A stretch of DNA of 64,000 bases. Origin: Gemmatimonadota bacterium (GTDB taxonomy: Bacteria > Gemmatimonadota > Gemmatimonadetes > Gemmatimonadales > Gemmatimonadaceae). This document shows, in pieces, positions 1 through 10,324 of the stretch (position 1 is its first letter; each line of letters opens with the position of its first letter). Position numbers and translations under genes: made by a program. The notes beneath the pieces were generated by a model. The model had not been told where the DNA came from, ran no database searches, and worked only from the letters and a program-made list of their open reading frames with translations. The DNA lies in assembly GCA_040389905.1 (NCBI GenBank), contig JAZJZK010000030.1, positions 22,085 through 86,084 of the forward strand, read 5' to 3'.

Positions 1-941
1 ATTCGGTGTTCTTCGCCGGCGGACTGCGCCTCGAACGGAACGACAGCTTCACGGGGTCGAATCGGTATCCGCTGCTGCCAATGGCCGGAGTTGCTGTGGT
101 TCGCGGTATTGGCGAGGCCGAGTTGAAGTGGCGCGCAGCATACGGCAAAGGCATTCGTCCACCGCTGACGCCGGCGCGTGGTGTGGCGTCCGGCTACGCT
201 GGCGGGCTTCAGAATTCGCAACTCAACAATGTGCTTCCAGCGCTCGATCCCGAGGTGCAGTCCGGCTTCGAGGGCGGCATGGAGCTCTATCTTGGCCGCA
301 CCCTCACGCTCCAATTGACGCGCTTCGATCAACTGGCGACGGGACTCATCCAGAACGTCGCGATTGGGGTCGACACGTTCTCCCGCGGCGCGCTGACTGA
401 GCGACGCGTCCGGTACCAATATCAGAACGTGGGCGAGATCAGCAACACGGGTTGGGAAATACAGGGCAATGCCACACAGGGCGCTTTCTCACTTGCGAGC
501 TCCCTCAGCTCCGTCGACAGCCGAGTGCGGGCGACGGCGCTCGGGTATAACGGTGACCTCCGTACCGGCGATCGGATGCTCGCCGTTCCTGCTCGGACCG
601 GAAGCGCAACGCTGTCATATCTGGGAGATTCGTGGTTCGCGTCGCTCGGCGCCAATCGCGCGTGGGACTGGGTCAACTACGACCGCGTGGCCCTCACCGA
701 GTCCTATATCTCGTCGAGTGGGCCACCCATGCGCGACCAGAGTGGAGCGTACTTGCGCTCGTACTGGAAGAAGTATGATGGCGACACGCACGTGCGAATC
801 ACCGCGTCGCGCGATCTCTCACGTGGCGTCGCACTCCTCTTCATTGGTGATAACCTGCTGGGGGGCCAACTTGGCGAACCAGACAACGTGACGATCCGGC
901 CCGGTCGCACCATCACTGGCGGAGTTCGGGCGTCGTTCTAG
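1..941 (+). CDS. TonB-dependent receptor, C-terminal beta-barrel part (5' truncated by window)
   Basis: ORF open from the window edge; amphipathic beta-strand pattern, YQNVGEISNTGWE, C-terminus PGRTITGGVRASF ending in Phe. Confidence 0.8.
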   Translation, partial: SVFFAGGLRLERNDSFTGSNRYPLLPMAGVAVVRGIGEAELKWRAAYGKGIRPPLTPARGVASGYAGGLQNSQLNNVLPALDPEVQSGFEGGMELYLGRTLTLQLTRFDQLATGLIQNVAIGVDTFSRGALTERRVRYQYQNVGEISNTGWEIQGNATQGAFSLASSLSSVDSRVRATALGYNGDLRTGDRMLAVPARTGSATLSYLGDSWFASLGANRAWDWVNYDRVALTESYISSSGPPMRDQSGAYLRSYWKKYDGDTHVRITASRDLSRGVALLFIGDNLLGGQLGEPDNVTIRPGRTITGGVRASF

Positions 942-1039
942 ACTTCCTCGGCGGCGAGACGCATTGAAACGCATGGCGCTTCGATGACGTATTTGAGAAA
1001 AAGCGTTCCGCTTGCCCGAGTGAAACTTCGACCCCCGTC

Positions 1040-1720
1040 ATGATGCAAGAAGCAGGTACTCCCGCGCAGGCAGTTCAGTCAACCGCTAGCAAGACGGGGC
1101 AGGTGACGTCGGCGCCCGCGGGAACTCCGAGCGCAGTCTACAAGGCGTTTCGGGAGCAACGGAGCGAGCTGAAATCCCAGCTCGAAAATCTGGAAGAGAA
1201 GCGGTCGGAAATCCGGCGAGAGATGCGGACGGAAGGAATCAACGCCGTGGACAAGTCCGGGTTGGAGACGCGCATTGTCGAGATCGACAAGCGAATTGCG
1301 GACGTCGAAAAACAAGTTGCGGTCGCGGAATCAAATGTCTCGCAGGCTGCCGGCGTTCCCGGCGCGATCGTCGAGCCACCGCGCTACGTGCGGCAGGGTC
1401 CGCCCGAAGAGGTCTTCGTGTTGGGTGGCTTGTTCATCGTCGTCGTGCTGCTGCCGCTCACGATTGCGTACGCGCGCAGGATCTGGCGCCGCGGCGCGGC
1501 GGCGGCCATCGCGTTCCCACAGGAGCTCGCGGATCGGTTGAGCCGGCTCGACCAGGCGGTCGATTCGATTGCGGTCGAGGTCGAGCGCATCGGTGAAGGG
1601 CAGCGTTTCGTCACGCGCGTGATGTCCGAGACCGGGAAGTCGCTTGGCGCCGGGGCTGCACGCCCGCTCGACCTGAGCATCGGCGAGAAAGCACGCATTC
1701 CGCGCGAAGGGGAACGCTGA
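1040..1720 (+). CDS. Hypothetical coiled-coil protein with one TM segment
   Basis: Heptad-rich N-half, hydrophobic VFVLGGLFIVVVLLPLTIAYA, C-terminal LDQAVDSIAVEVERIGEGQRFVT. Confidence 0.7.
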   Translation: MMQEAGTPAQAVQSTASKTGQVTSAPAGTPSAVYKAFREQRSELKSQLENLEEKRSEIRREMRTEGINAVDKSGLETRIVEIDKRIADVEKQVAVAESNVSQAAGVPGAIVEPPRYVRQGPPEEVFVLGGLFIVVVLLPLTIAYARRIWRRGAAAAIAFPQELADRLSRLDQAVDSIAVEVERIGEGQRFVTRVMSETGKSLGAGAARPLDLSIGEKARIPREGER

Positions 1721-2475
1721 GCGCAGCCGTCGCGCTCGCGGCGAGGGGTGTAACCTGCACCTACGGGCGCACCACCGCGCTCGCCGATATTTCGCTGGAG
1801 GTCGCGGCGGGATCCGCCGTCGCACTCGTCGGCGAAAGTGGTTCTGGAAAGACGACACTCCTTCGGTGTTTCAACCGGATGGTCGTGCCCCTGTCGGGCG
1901 ACGTAATCATCGGCGAAGTTCGCGTCGGCGACGAGGGTGTCGAGGAACTCCGGCGCCGCGTTGGTTATGTCCCGCAGAACGGAGGCTTGCTCCCCCATTG
2001 GCGCGTGCTGCGCAATGTGTCGCTCGTGCCTTCGCTGCTTGGCAGCGCCCACGCCGATGCCGACGCGCGTGCGGCCCTCGACCAGGTCGGCCTCGACCCC
2101 GTTCGTTTCGGTGACCGCTTTCCACATGAGCTCTCCGGCGGTCAGCGCCAACGTGTGGCGATCGCGCGAGCGCTCGCGTCGCGGCCGGGTGTGGTTCTCC
2201 TGGATGAGCCGTTCGGGGCGCTCGATGCGATCACGCGGAGCGAAGTGCAGGGCGCGTTCGCGGAAATGCGCCATGCGTTGGAGACGACCACGCTCCTCGT
2301 GACCCACGATCTCGCGGAGGCCGCGCGACTTGCCGACGAGATCGTGGTGATGCGGAACGGCGTCATCGAGCAGCGGGGCACCCTGGGCGATCTTCGCGAC
2401 ACACCGGCGACGCCGTACGTGCGGGCACTCGTCGAACGGGCGGAAGCGTCCGTAGCTGGACTGGTGTCGGCGTGA
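1717..2475 (+). CDS. Osmoprotectant (glycine betaine/choline) ABC transporter ATP-binding subunit; probable CTG start
   Basis: Walker A GESGSGKT lies in frame upstream of the ORF-track start; LSGGQRQR, LLDEPFGALD, VTHD; CTG at 1717 overlaps the upstream TGA. Confidence 0.9.
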   Translation: MSAAVALAARGVTCTYGRTTALADISLEVAAGSAVALVGESGSGKTTLLRCFNRMVVPLSGDVIIGEVRVGDEGVEELRRRVGYVPQNGGLLPHWRVLRNVSLVPSLLGSAHADADARAALDQVGLDPVRFGDRFPHELSGGQRQRVAIARALASRPGVVLLDEPFGALDAITRSEVQGAFAEMRHALETTTLLVTHDLAEAARLADEIVVMRNGVIEQRGTLGDLRDTPATPYVRALVERAEASVAGLVSA

Positions 2476-4070
2476 AGAAGAACAATGCGATGACGGCGCT
2501 CGTCTGCGTGCTCGTCTGCGTGAGCAACGGCGGGGTCGCCGCGCAGGTCCCTCGCGGCGCACCAACGCCCATCGTGATTGCGTCAAAGCCCTTTGGCGAG
2601 TCGTACCTGCTCTGCGAAATGTTCGCACAACTGCTCGAAGCTCGAGGCATCGAGGTCGAGCGCCGGCCGGGACTGGGCGCAACGGAAATCGCCGTCAGCG
2701 CACTGCGCACCGGAGCGATCGACGTGTATCCCGAATACACGGGGACAGGGCTCGTGGCGGTGCTGCACGATACGCTCACCGATTCGCTCGCCGCAGATCC
2801 CCGACGAGTATTTGCGCGGGTGTCCACCGAGTTTCCACGACGGTTCGGACTCCATTGGGCTCCGCCACTCGGTTTTCAGAACACGTATGCGATCGCTGTC
2901 ACGCGTCCCACAGCTGACCGTTACCATTTGCGGACGCTGAGCGACCTCGCGCGCGCCGCCCCACAGTTGACGGCGGGATTCACGGCGGACTTTATCGGTC
3001 GGCCGGATGGGCTCGTGGGGCTGCGTCGAGTGTACGGCCTCGCGCTCAAAGCGGTGCGGCCGCTGGCGCCGGCGGTGAAGTACCAGGCATTGGCGACTGG
3101 GGCAGTCGACGTCGTCGATGGCTACTCGACAGACGGATTGCTCGCCAAGTACGACCTCGTAGTCCTTGCGGACGACCGGCACTTTTTCCCTCCGTACGAG
3201 GCGGCTGCTCTTGTGTCCCGGCGCGTGGGCGCTGCGCGACCCGACGTCATGGGAACGCTCGCGGAATTGAGTGGGCGACTCGACGAGGACACGATGCGAC
3301 GGCTCAATCGGCGCGTCGAGGTAGATGGCGTCGCCGTCGCTGTGGTGGCCGCCGGCGCGCTGCGGGATCTCCGGCTCATCGGCGGCGTCACCGCGCCATC
3401 GCTCGCATCGGAGAATCCGTCTGATTCCTTTCCTGGATACCTGATCGCGCAACGTTCGCAGATTCTGTCGCTCGCGCTCCGGCACTTAGTGCTTGTCCTG
3501 GTCGCGCTCTTTGCGGCCATCGCGATCGGAGTACCAATCGGTCTCGCGCTCGAGCGGTCGCGCGCGCTGGCAGAACCGGTGATCCGCGTGCTGGGCATGA
3601 TTCAGACGATTCCGAGCATCGCCCTTCTCGCGTTCATGATTCCATTTCTCGGCGTCGGCGTCGTTCCGGCGATCGTCGCCCTGTGGCTGTACGCGCTGCT
3701 GCCGATTGTCCGGGGCACGTTCAACGGGGTTCGCGACGCCGACCCGGACGCCGTCGAGGCAGCTGAGGCATTGGGCATGACCGCTCTGCAGCGCCTGATG
3801 CAGGTTCGGCTGCCGCTCGCGGCGCCCGTGATCATGGCGGGGATCCGCACGGCGGCGGTGATCACAGTCGGGACGGCGACGCTTGCGGCGTTCATCGGGG
3901 CGGGGGGGCTGGGAGAGCCGATCGTCGCGGGGCTGTCACTTGCGGATTCGAGGATGGTGCTATCGGGGGCGCTTCCGGCGGCGCTACTCGCACTCCTCGT
4001 CGACGGGGGGCTCGCGGTGGCAGAAAGAGTGGTGGCGCCGGCGCACCTCCGTTCGTCCGCTCGGCTTTGA
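2472..4070 (+). CDS. Osmoprotectant ABC transporter, fused substrate-binding (OpuAC-type) and permease protein
   Basis: IDVYPEYTGT, FFPPYEA, QTIPSIALLAF, EAA loop EAAEALGM, LAAFIGAGGLG. Confidence 0.9.
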   Translation: MKKNNAMTALVCVLVCVSNGGVAAQVPRGAPTPIVIASKPFGESYLLCEMFAQLLEARGIEVERRPGLGATEIAVSALRTGAIDVYPEYTGTGLVAVLHDTLTDSLAADPRRVFARVSTEFPRRFGLHWAPPLGFQNTYAIAVTRPTADRYHLRTLSDLARAAPQLTAGFTADFIGRPDGLVGLRRVYGLALKAVRPLAPAVKYQALATGAVDVVDGYSTDGLLAKYDLVVLADDRHFFPPYEAAALVSRRVGAARPDVMGTLAELSGRLDEDTMRRLNRRVEVDGVAVAVVAAGALRDLRLIGGVTAPSLASENPSDSFPGYLIAQRSQILSLALRHLVLVLVALFAAIAIGVPIGLALERSRALAEPVIRVLGMIQTIPSIALLAFMIPFLGVGVVPAIVALWLYALLPIVRGTFNGVRDADPDAVEAAEALGMTALQRLMQVRLPLAAPVIMAGIRTAAVITVGTATLAAFIGAGGLGEPIVAGLSLADSRMVLSGALPAALLALLVDGGLAVAERVVAPAHLRSSARL

Positions 4071-4083
4071 GTACGCTACGCCG

Positions 4084-4233
4084 GACATCAGATGTGACAG
4101 GTGCCCAGTGATCAGCCGCAGCGAACGGAGCAACAGGGGGTGTGGCGTAAGCAGTGCGATGCACCTGATCGCCACACCCCCTGAGAACCTGCAGGCTGCG
4201 GCTGACTACTGAGCACCTGTCTCATCTGATGTC
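4084..4233. repeat. Long imperfect inverted repeat (150-nt rod hairpin)
   Basis: GACATCAGATGTGACAGGTGCCCAGT pairs with ACTGAGCACCTGTCTCATCTGATGTC (2 mismatches); inner perfect 14-bp stem 4134-4147/4170-4183. Confidence 0.85.
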
Positions 4234-4370
4234 GGAGCATAACAGTGGTGACCCAGGTGCCGGTCCTTCACTCGCCTGCAAGCGGAAGTACCGGCGGCTT
4301 CACCTCGCATTGCTCGCACACTGTGACCACGTTTATCTGGCCACAGACTGCACCCTAACCTGCTGTTCAC

Positions 4371-6020
4371 ATGAGCCTCGACCCCCACGCCGGCGAGCTA
4401 CCCGCGCAGGCTAAGCTCGCGAACGTCCCACGTCTCGTCTCGGCGTACTATACCGAGCGCCCCGATCCGAGCGTCCGGGCACAGCGTGTGAGCTTCGGGA
4501 CCTCTGGCCACCGCGGCTCGGCGTTCAATTGCGCGTTCAATGAGTGGCACATCCTCGCGATCACCCAGGCCATTTGCGAGTATCGCGCGACGCAGGGCAC
4601 GAACGGTCCGCTCTTCCTCGGCATCGATACGCACGCGCTGTCGGAGCCGGCATATGCCAGTGCGCTCGAAGTCCTCGCTGCCAACGGCGTCGACGTGATG
4701 ATTGATTCGCGGTCGGGGTTCACCCCCACGCCAGCGGTATCGCATGCGATTCTCGCGTACAATAAGAATCGCGTCTCCGGCCTTGCGGATGGAATTGTCG
4801 TGACGCCGTCGCACAATCCGCCGGAGGACGGCGGCTTCAAGTACAACCCGCCGAACGGCGGGCCTGCGGACACGAGCGCCACCGGCTGGATTCAGGAGAA
4901 GGCGAATGCGTTCATCGCCGGCGGCCTCCGGGACGTGCGACGCATGCCGTTCGACCGAGCGAAGCGCTCGGCAACGACGCACCAACACGACTACGTCAAT
5001 GCGTACGTCGCAGACTTGCCGAGCGTGATCGATCTCGACGTCATCCGCGAATCGAGTTTGACGCTTGGCGTCGATCCGCTGGGGGGTGCGGGTGTCGCGT
5101 ATTGGGGAGAGATCGCGGAGCGCTACAAGTTGCCGCTGACTGTCGTGAGTGATGCGGTCGATCCCACCTTCAGGTTCATGAGCCTCGATTGGGACGGCCG
5201 CATCCGCATGGACTGTTCGTCTCCATACGCGATGCAGCGGTTGATCGGCTCGCGCGAATCGTACGATGTGGCTTGGGCGTGCGACACGGACCACGACCGG
5301 CACGGGATCGTCGCGCGAAGTACGGGTCTCCTCAATCCCAACCACTACCTCGCGGTCAGCAGCTCGTACCTCTTCGCCAATCGCCCGCAGTGGTCGCCCA
5401 CCGCGGGCATCGGCAAGACCATCGTGAGCAGCAGCATGATCAACCGCGCTGCTGAACAAATCGGCCGCCGCGTATTGGAGGTGCCCGTCGGCTTCAAGTG
5501 GTTTGTCGACGGTCTCATGACCGGAGCACTCGGCTTTGTCGGCGAGGAGAGCGCGGGCGCAACGTTCCTCCGTCGCGACGGAACGGTCTGGACGACCGAC
5601 AAGGACGGCCTGATCCTTGGACTTCTAGCCGCGGAGATGACCGCCGTGACGGGAAAGGATCCGGGACAGCTCTATACCGACCTTACCGAACGTCTCGGTG
5701 CTCCAGTATACGAGCGGATCGACGCTCCGGCGACTCCGGAGCAGAAGGCGGTACTCGCCAGGCTTTCGCCCGCCGATGTTTCGGCGTCGGAGCTCGCGGG
5801 GGAACCAATCACGAGCCGAATGACGACGGCGCCTGGGAATGGTGCCTCGATTGGCGGCCTGAAGGTCGAGACGCGCGACGGCTGGTTCGCTGCACGACCA
5901 TCGGGCACCGAAGATGTCTACAAACTCTACGCCGAGAGCTTCCTCGGTGAGTCGCACCTGCGCCAGATCCAGAGTGAAGGGCAGGAGATCATACAGCGCG
6001 CTTTCAACGCCCAGAAATGA
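4371..6020 (+). CDS. pgm: Phosphoglucomutase, alpha-D-glucose-phosphate specific
   Basis: FGTSGHRG, TPSHNP, DTDHDR, GEESAG, RPSGTE. Confidence 0.95.
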   Translation: MSLDPHAGELPAQAKLANVPRLVSAYYTERPDPSVRAQRVSFGTSGHRGSAFNCAFNEWHILAITQAICEYRATQGTNGPLFLGIDTHALSEPAYASALEVLAANGVDVMIDSRSGFTPTPAVSHAILAYNKNRVSGLADGIVVTPSHNPPEDGGFKYNPPNGGPADTSATGWIQEKANAFIAGGLRDVRRMPFDRAKRSATTHQHDYVNAYVADLPSVIDLDVIRESSLTLGVDPLGGAGVAYWGEIAERYKLPLTVVSDAVDPTFRFMSLDWDGRIRMDCSSPYAMQRLIGSRESYDVAWACDTDHDRHGIVARSTGLLNPNHYLAVSSSYLFANRPQWSPTAGIGKTIVSSSMINRAAEQIGRRVLEVPVGFKWFVDGLMTGALGFVGEESAGATFLRRDGTVWTTDKDGLILGLLAAEMTAVTGKDPGQLYTDLTERLGAPVYERIDAPATPEQKAVLARLSPADVSASELAGEPITSRMTTAPGNGASIGGLKVETRDGWFAARPSGTEDVYKLYAESFLGESHLRQIQSEGQEIIQRAFNAQK

Positions 6021-7141
6021 AAGACCTCACGACTCTCGACGCATTGGACACTCCCGCCCTCGTCGTGGACCTCGACCGCATGGAGCGGAATCTCGCGCGC
6101 GCGGCGAGCTACGCTGCGGAACACGGCCTCGCCCTGCGGCCGCACGTGAAGACGCACAAGTCGTCGCGCGTTGCGTCGCAGCAGATCGCGCTCGGCGCCG
6201 TCGGCGTGACGTGTGCGACGCCCAATGAGGCGCTCGTGATGTCGCAGGTGGCCAATGACATCCTCGTCGCGTACCCGCCCGTTGGTGGAGGACGTGCTGC
6301 CAGGCTCGCCGCGCTTCCGTCCAACGTGCGGCTCACCGTCGCCCTTGATTCAGAGCGTGCGGCAGCCGACATGGCCGCAGCAGCCGAAGCCGCCGCCAGA
6401 ACAGTTCACGTGTATGTCGAGCTCGATCTCGGCATGCATCGCGTGGGGTTGCCCGTCGTCGCCGACGCGATCGCACTCGCGAAGCGGGTGCGCAGGGAAC
6501 CCTCGCTCGAATTCGCGGGAATCATGTTCTATCCCGGGCACGTCCGCGAGTCGGTCGGCGACCAGGACGCCAAGCTGCACGAGCTTAGGGCATCGCTCCG
6601 CACGGCCATCGCCGCCTTTGTAGCGGAAGGCGTCGCGCCAACGGTCGTGAGTGGCGGCTCGACACCGACGCTCTGGCGGACGCACGAAATCGATGGCGTC
6701 ACCGAGTTTCGGCCGGGAACCTACGTCTACAACGATCGGACGACGGCCGCCGTCGGCGCGTGTGGTTGGGACGACTGCGCGCTCACCGTGCTCGCCACCG
6801 TGGTGTCGACCGCTGTTCCGGGCCAGGCGGTGATCGACGCCGGCACCAAGGCACTTGGCCGGGAACCGGTGCGTGGTGCCGCCGGAGAAGGGTTCGGCCA
6901 ACTGCTCGAGCATCCGGAGGTCGTTGTCGAGCGGATGTCCGAGGAGCACGGCGTGCTGGACTTGTCGAAGAGTGACTGGCGCCCGCAGGTCGGCGAACGG
7001 GTTCACGTCATTCCGAACCATGTCTGTATCGTCGTGCACCTCAACGACGTGGCATATGGGGTCCGCCACGGGGGCGTGGAGACGAGCTGGCGGATCGATG
7101 CCCGCGGGCGCGGCGAGGACCCACGCCTTCTGTCGCACTGA
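6017..7141 (+). CDS. PLP fold-III enzyme, D-threonine aldolase/D-serine dehydratase (DSD1) family
   Basis: LRPHVKTHK, SGGSTPT, RPGTYVYND, SEEHG, PNHVC. Confidence 0.85.
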   Translation: MKDLTTLDALDTPALVVDLDRMERNLARAASYAAEHGLALRPHVKTHKSSRVASQQIALGAVGVTCATPNEALVMSQVANDILVAYPPVGGGRAARLAALPSNVRLTVALDSERAAADMAAAAEAAARTVHVYVELDLGMHRVGLPVVADAIALAKRVRREPSLEFAGIMFYPGHVRESVGDQDAKLHELRASLRTAIAAFVAEGVAPTVVSGGSTPTLWRTHEIDGVTEFRPGTYVYNDRTTAAVGACGWDDCALTVLATVVSTAVPGQAVIDAGTKALGREPVRGAAGEGFGQLLEHPEVVVERMSEEHGVLDLSKSDWRPQVGERVHVIPNHVCIVVHLNDVAYGVRHGGVETSWRIDARGRGEDPRLLSH

Positions 7142-7297
7142 CTGAAGGGAAGGGCCTGCACCGGCGGTTCGACGCCGTTCCGATGCCATGTGACAATCGT
7201 CACTTGCATGTGGCGCGAGATGGACCATCCTTAACACCATCGCTACTCGAGCGTCGTATCAGGCATCGAGTGGGGTTTCCTCCGAGAGAGAGAGCGC

Positions 7298-8890
7298 ATG
7301 ACCATCCCGGAAGCAACCGTCCCGAATTCGACAGAAGATCCGAATGTCGACGCGGACGGAGCCGGCGACGATTTCGCCGAGCCAACGGCCGAGGTTGAGG
7401 CGCCGCGCTCGCGCCGGGCGCTGTTCGCCGCCGGAGCCGCCGTCCTCGCCGCGTCGATGGCGCCGCGCTCGGCCCGCGCGCAAGGCCTGAAGAAGCCCAA
7501 GCCGGTCACCGGTACTCCCAACATCCCGAACGAGATGCCCGTCGCGCCCGTGGAATGGGCAAGCGACACGATGCGGTTGCTGCGACGGATCACGTATGGT
7601 GTGACCGACGCAGACGTCGCGGCGGTGAAGAAGTACGGCTATCGCGGCTACCTCGAGCGGCAGCTCGACTACACGAATATCGACGATTCCGCCACCCAGG
7701 CGTTCATCGCCGCGAAGTACCCGTTGCTCACGCAGACGAACACCGAACTGTTTGCGGCGAATGCGGCAACAGTCGAACAACAGCTCCAGCAGGCGACGCT
7801 CTATCGCGCGGCGTTCTCCAACCGCCAGTTGTACGAGCGCATGGTCGAATTCTGGTCCGACCATTTCAATATCTCGATCGACAAGGTCGGCTACCTGAAA
7901 GCGACGGACGATCGCGACGTCATCCGCAAATACGCTCTCACGACGTTCCCGAAGCTGCTCATGGCGAGCGCGAAGAGCGGGGCCATGATGTCCTACCTGG
8001 ACCAGAACGCGAGTCGAGTGGGATCGCCGAACCAGAACTACGCGCGCGAGATCATGGAGTTGCACACGCTCGGCGTCGACGGTGGCTATACGCAGAATGA
8101 TGTCGCCGAACTCTCGCGCGTGCTGACCGGGTGGACGATTGCCGGGCGCGGTGATTTCAGCTTCAACGCGAACATCCACGACTGGACGACGAAGACGGTG
8201 ATGACGCTCAAGATTCCAGCGGGTGCGCCCTCGCAGGGGTCCGCGGGAATCCTGGAGGGAGAGCAGGTCATCGCGTATCTCTTGGCGCATGAAAACACGG
8301 CAACGTTCATCAGCACCAAGATGTTGCGGTGGTTCCTCAGCTACGACCCAACCGATGCCCAGGTGGCGGACGTCGTCGCGGTGTACAAGAGCACCGGTGG
8401 CGACATCAAGGCGATGATTCGCACGATCTTGAACTCCGCGTGGCTGCGCGCAGCACCGATGAAGTTCAAACGGCCATTTCACCTCATCGCGTCAGCGTTG
8501 CGCACGACGACACCGACGGTCACGAACGTCGCGGGCGTCAACAATCAGCTTCTGACCACAGGGCAACAGCTCTTCAACTGGGATACGCCTGACGGCTATC
8601 CCGACAAGGTCGAATACTGGGCGGGCAATCTCATGACTCGGTGGAATTTCGCCGCGTACTACACGGCGCTAGCGGCGGGTGAAACCATCTTCGACGTCAA
8701 TGCATTCATGAAGGGCAATACGGCCGATACCACAATTGCCGAGATCGACAAGCGTCTCTTCGCAAGTGAGATCGACCCCGCGTTGCGAACATCGCTGACG
8801 ACGTATCTCAAGGCGCAGACCTACAGCGCGGCTCGTGTGCGCGAGACGCTTGCACTCGCGATGAGCGCGAACTCCTTCCAGTGGTATTGA
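7298..8890 (+). CDS. DUF1800 family protein with Tat-like signal
   Basis: SRRALF...ARAQ, QLYERMVEFWSDHFN, NQNYAREIMELHTLG, FQWY end. Confidence 0.9.
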   Translation: MTIPEATVPNSTEDPNVDADGAGDDFAEPTAEVEAPRSRRALFAAGAAVLAASMAPRSARAQGLKKPKPVTGTPNIPNEMPVAPVEWASDTMRLLRRITYGVTDADVAAVKKYGYRGYLERQLDYTNIDDSATQAFIAAKYPLLTQTNTELFAANAATVEQQLQQATLYRAAFSNRQLYERMVEFWSDHFNISIDKVGYLKATDDRDVIRKYALTTFPKLLMASAKSGAMMSYLDQNASRVGSPNQNYAREIMELHTLGVDGGYTQNDVAELSRVLTGWTIAGRGDFSFNANIHDWTTKTVMTLKIPAGAPSQGSAGILEGEQVIAYLLAHENTATFISTKMLRWFLSYDPTDAQVADVVAVYKSTGGDIKAMIRTILNSAWLRAAPMKFKRPFHLIASALRTTTPTVTNVAGVNNQLLTTGQQLFNWDTPDGYPDKVEYWAGNLMTRWNFAAYYTALAAGETIFDVNAFMKGNTADTTIAEIDKRLFASEIDPALRTSLTTYLKAQTYSAARVRETLALAMSANSFQWY

Positions 8891-8900
8891 GGCAGCGGCA

Positions 8901-10214
8901 ATGACGACCGACCTGCACGACGAGGATTGCGGGTGTCCTGAGTACCGCGAGTTGACGCGACGGCAGTTCGTCGGCGCCGCGGGTGGCACCATGGGTGCGA
9001 TGGCCGCGAGCTATTACCCCGCGTGGTTGCCAAAGGTGGTGTTGGCCGAGACGTATGCGGGCGCGCGCGATGTGTTGCTGTCCGTGTTCATGCGTGGCGG
9101 AGCGGACGGCCTCTCCCTGTGCGTGCCCTTTGGCGATGCGTCCTACTACACGGGGCGCTCGACGATTGCGGTGCCGCGCCCTGACGCTGCCGGCAACACG
9201 GCGACCAAGGGCATCGCGCTCGACAACTTCTTCGCGTTTCCGCAGGCGATGTCCGGCCTCATGACCGCGTACACCGCGAAGGACCTGCTGATCGTTCATG
9301 CGACGGGTCAGTTCAATAATTCGCGTTCGCACTTCGACGCGCAGCGGTACATGGAGGTCGGGAAGCCGCTGGACCCGACGCTCGTGACGGGTTGGTTGGG
9401 TCGCCATCTCGCGAGTGTGCCACCCCTTCGGAGCAACGCACCGTTGCGCGCGCTGGGCCTCTCCAACGGCCTGCCCAAGTCACTGGTGGGCGCGCCGAAG
9501 ACGCTGCCGATCTCGAATCCAGCGAACTTTGCCCTCAGCGGCACCGCGGCGACGGCGGCCTCGCGACTCGCATTTCTCGCCTCGGACTTCGCGACCGCCA
9601 GCGAGCCGGTGCATTCCTCGGCACTCGACGCGACCAACACGGTGGCGTTGCTGCAAGCCGTCGGCATTGCGGCATACAAGCCAGCAAATGGCGCGGTCTA
9701 TCCAACAACGAATTTCGGCAATGCGCTCAAGTCTGTCGCCGCGTTGATCAAGGCAGATATCGGGATCGAGGCGGCGCAGGTGGACATCGGCGGTTGGGAT
9801 ACGCATTCGGCGCAAGACCCGCTCGCCGGCTCCATGTTCCGCACGATGCAGGATTTCTCGAACTCGCTCGCGGCGTTCTATCTGGACTGCGTCACCACGG
9901 CGACGACCAATGGTGTCACCGCTGTCGCCGTGTCCGAATTCGGGAGGAATGCGAAGGAAAACGGGAGTGCCGGCACCGATCACGGGCGAGGCACGGTGAT
10001 GTTTGCCATGGGGAAGAACATCGCCGGCGGTCGCGTGATGGTGAATAACTGGCCCGGCCTAGCGATTCAGAATCTCGAGAACGGGCAAGATCTCAAGGTG
10101 ACGATCGACTACCGCGACATTCTCGCGGAAATCGTCAAGAACCGGCTGGACAACGCGGCGCTCGACGTGGTGTTCCCGGGCTGGAATACGACGATCCGCG
10201 GGGCGACGCGATAA
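8901..10214 (+). CDS. DUF1501 family protein
   Basis: TRRQF, RGGADGL, RSHFDAQ, GGWDTH, SEFGR, GTDHG; usual partner of DUF1800. Confidence 0.9.
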   Translation: MTTDLHDEDCGCPEYRELTRRQFVGAAGGTMGAMAASYYPAWLPKVVLAETYAGARDVLLSVFMRGGADGLSLCVPFGDASYYTGRSTIAVPRPDAAGNTATKGIALDNFFAFPQAMSGLMTAYTAKDLLIVHATGQFNNSRSHFDAQRYMEVGKPLDPTLVTGWLGRHLASVPPLRSNAPLRALGLSNGLPKSLVGAPKTLPISNPANFALSGTAATAASRLAFLASDFATASEPVHSSALDATNTVALLQAVGIAAYKPANGAVYPTTNFGNALKSVAALIKADIGIEAAQVDIGGWDTHSAQDPLAGSMFRTMQDFSNSLAAFYLDCVTTATTNGVTAVAVSEFGRNAKENGSAGTDHGRGTVMFAMGKNIAGGRVMVNNWPGLAIQNLENGQDLKVTIDYRDILAEIVKNRLDNAALDVVFPGWNTTIRGATR

Positions 10215-10240
10215 TCCGCATTGACGAGGAACCGCAAGAA

Positions 10241-10313
10241 GCATTTACCACAGAGGACACAGAGGACTGCGTACTCTCTTCTCCGTGACCTCTGTGTCCT
10301 CTGTGGTTAATGC
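10241..10313. repeat. Palindromic element with 9-nt periodic arms between convergent genes
   Basis: ACCACAGAGGACACAGAGG (10247-10265) is the exact reverse complement of CCTCTGTGTCCTCTGTGGT (10289-10307). Confidence 0.9.
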
Positions 10314-10324
10314 AGTTCCGTTCT

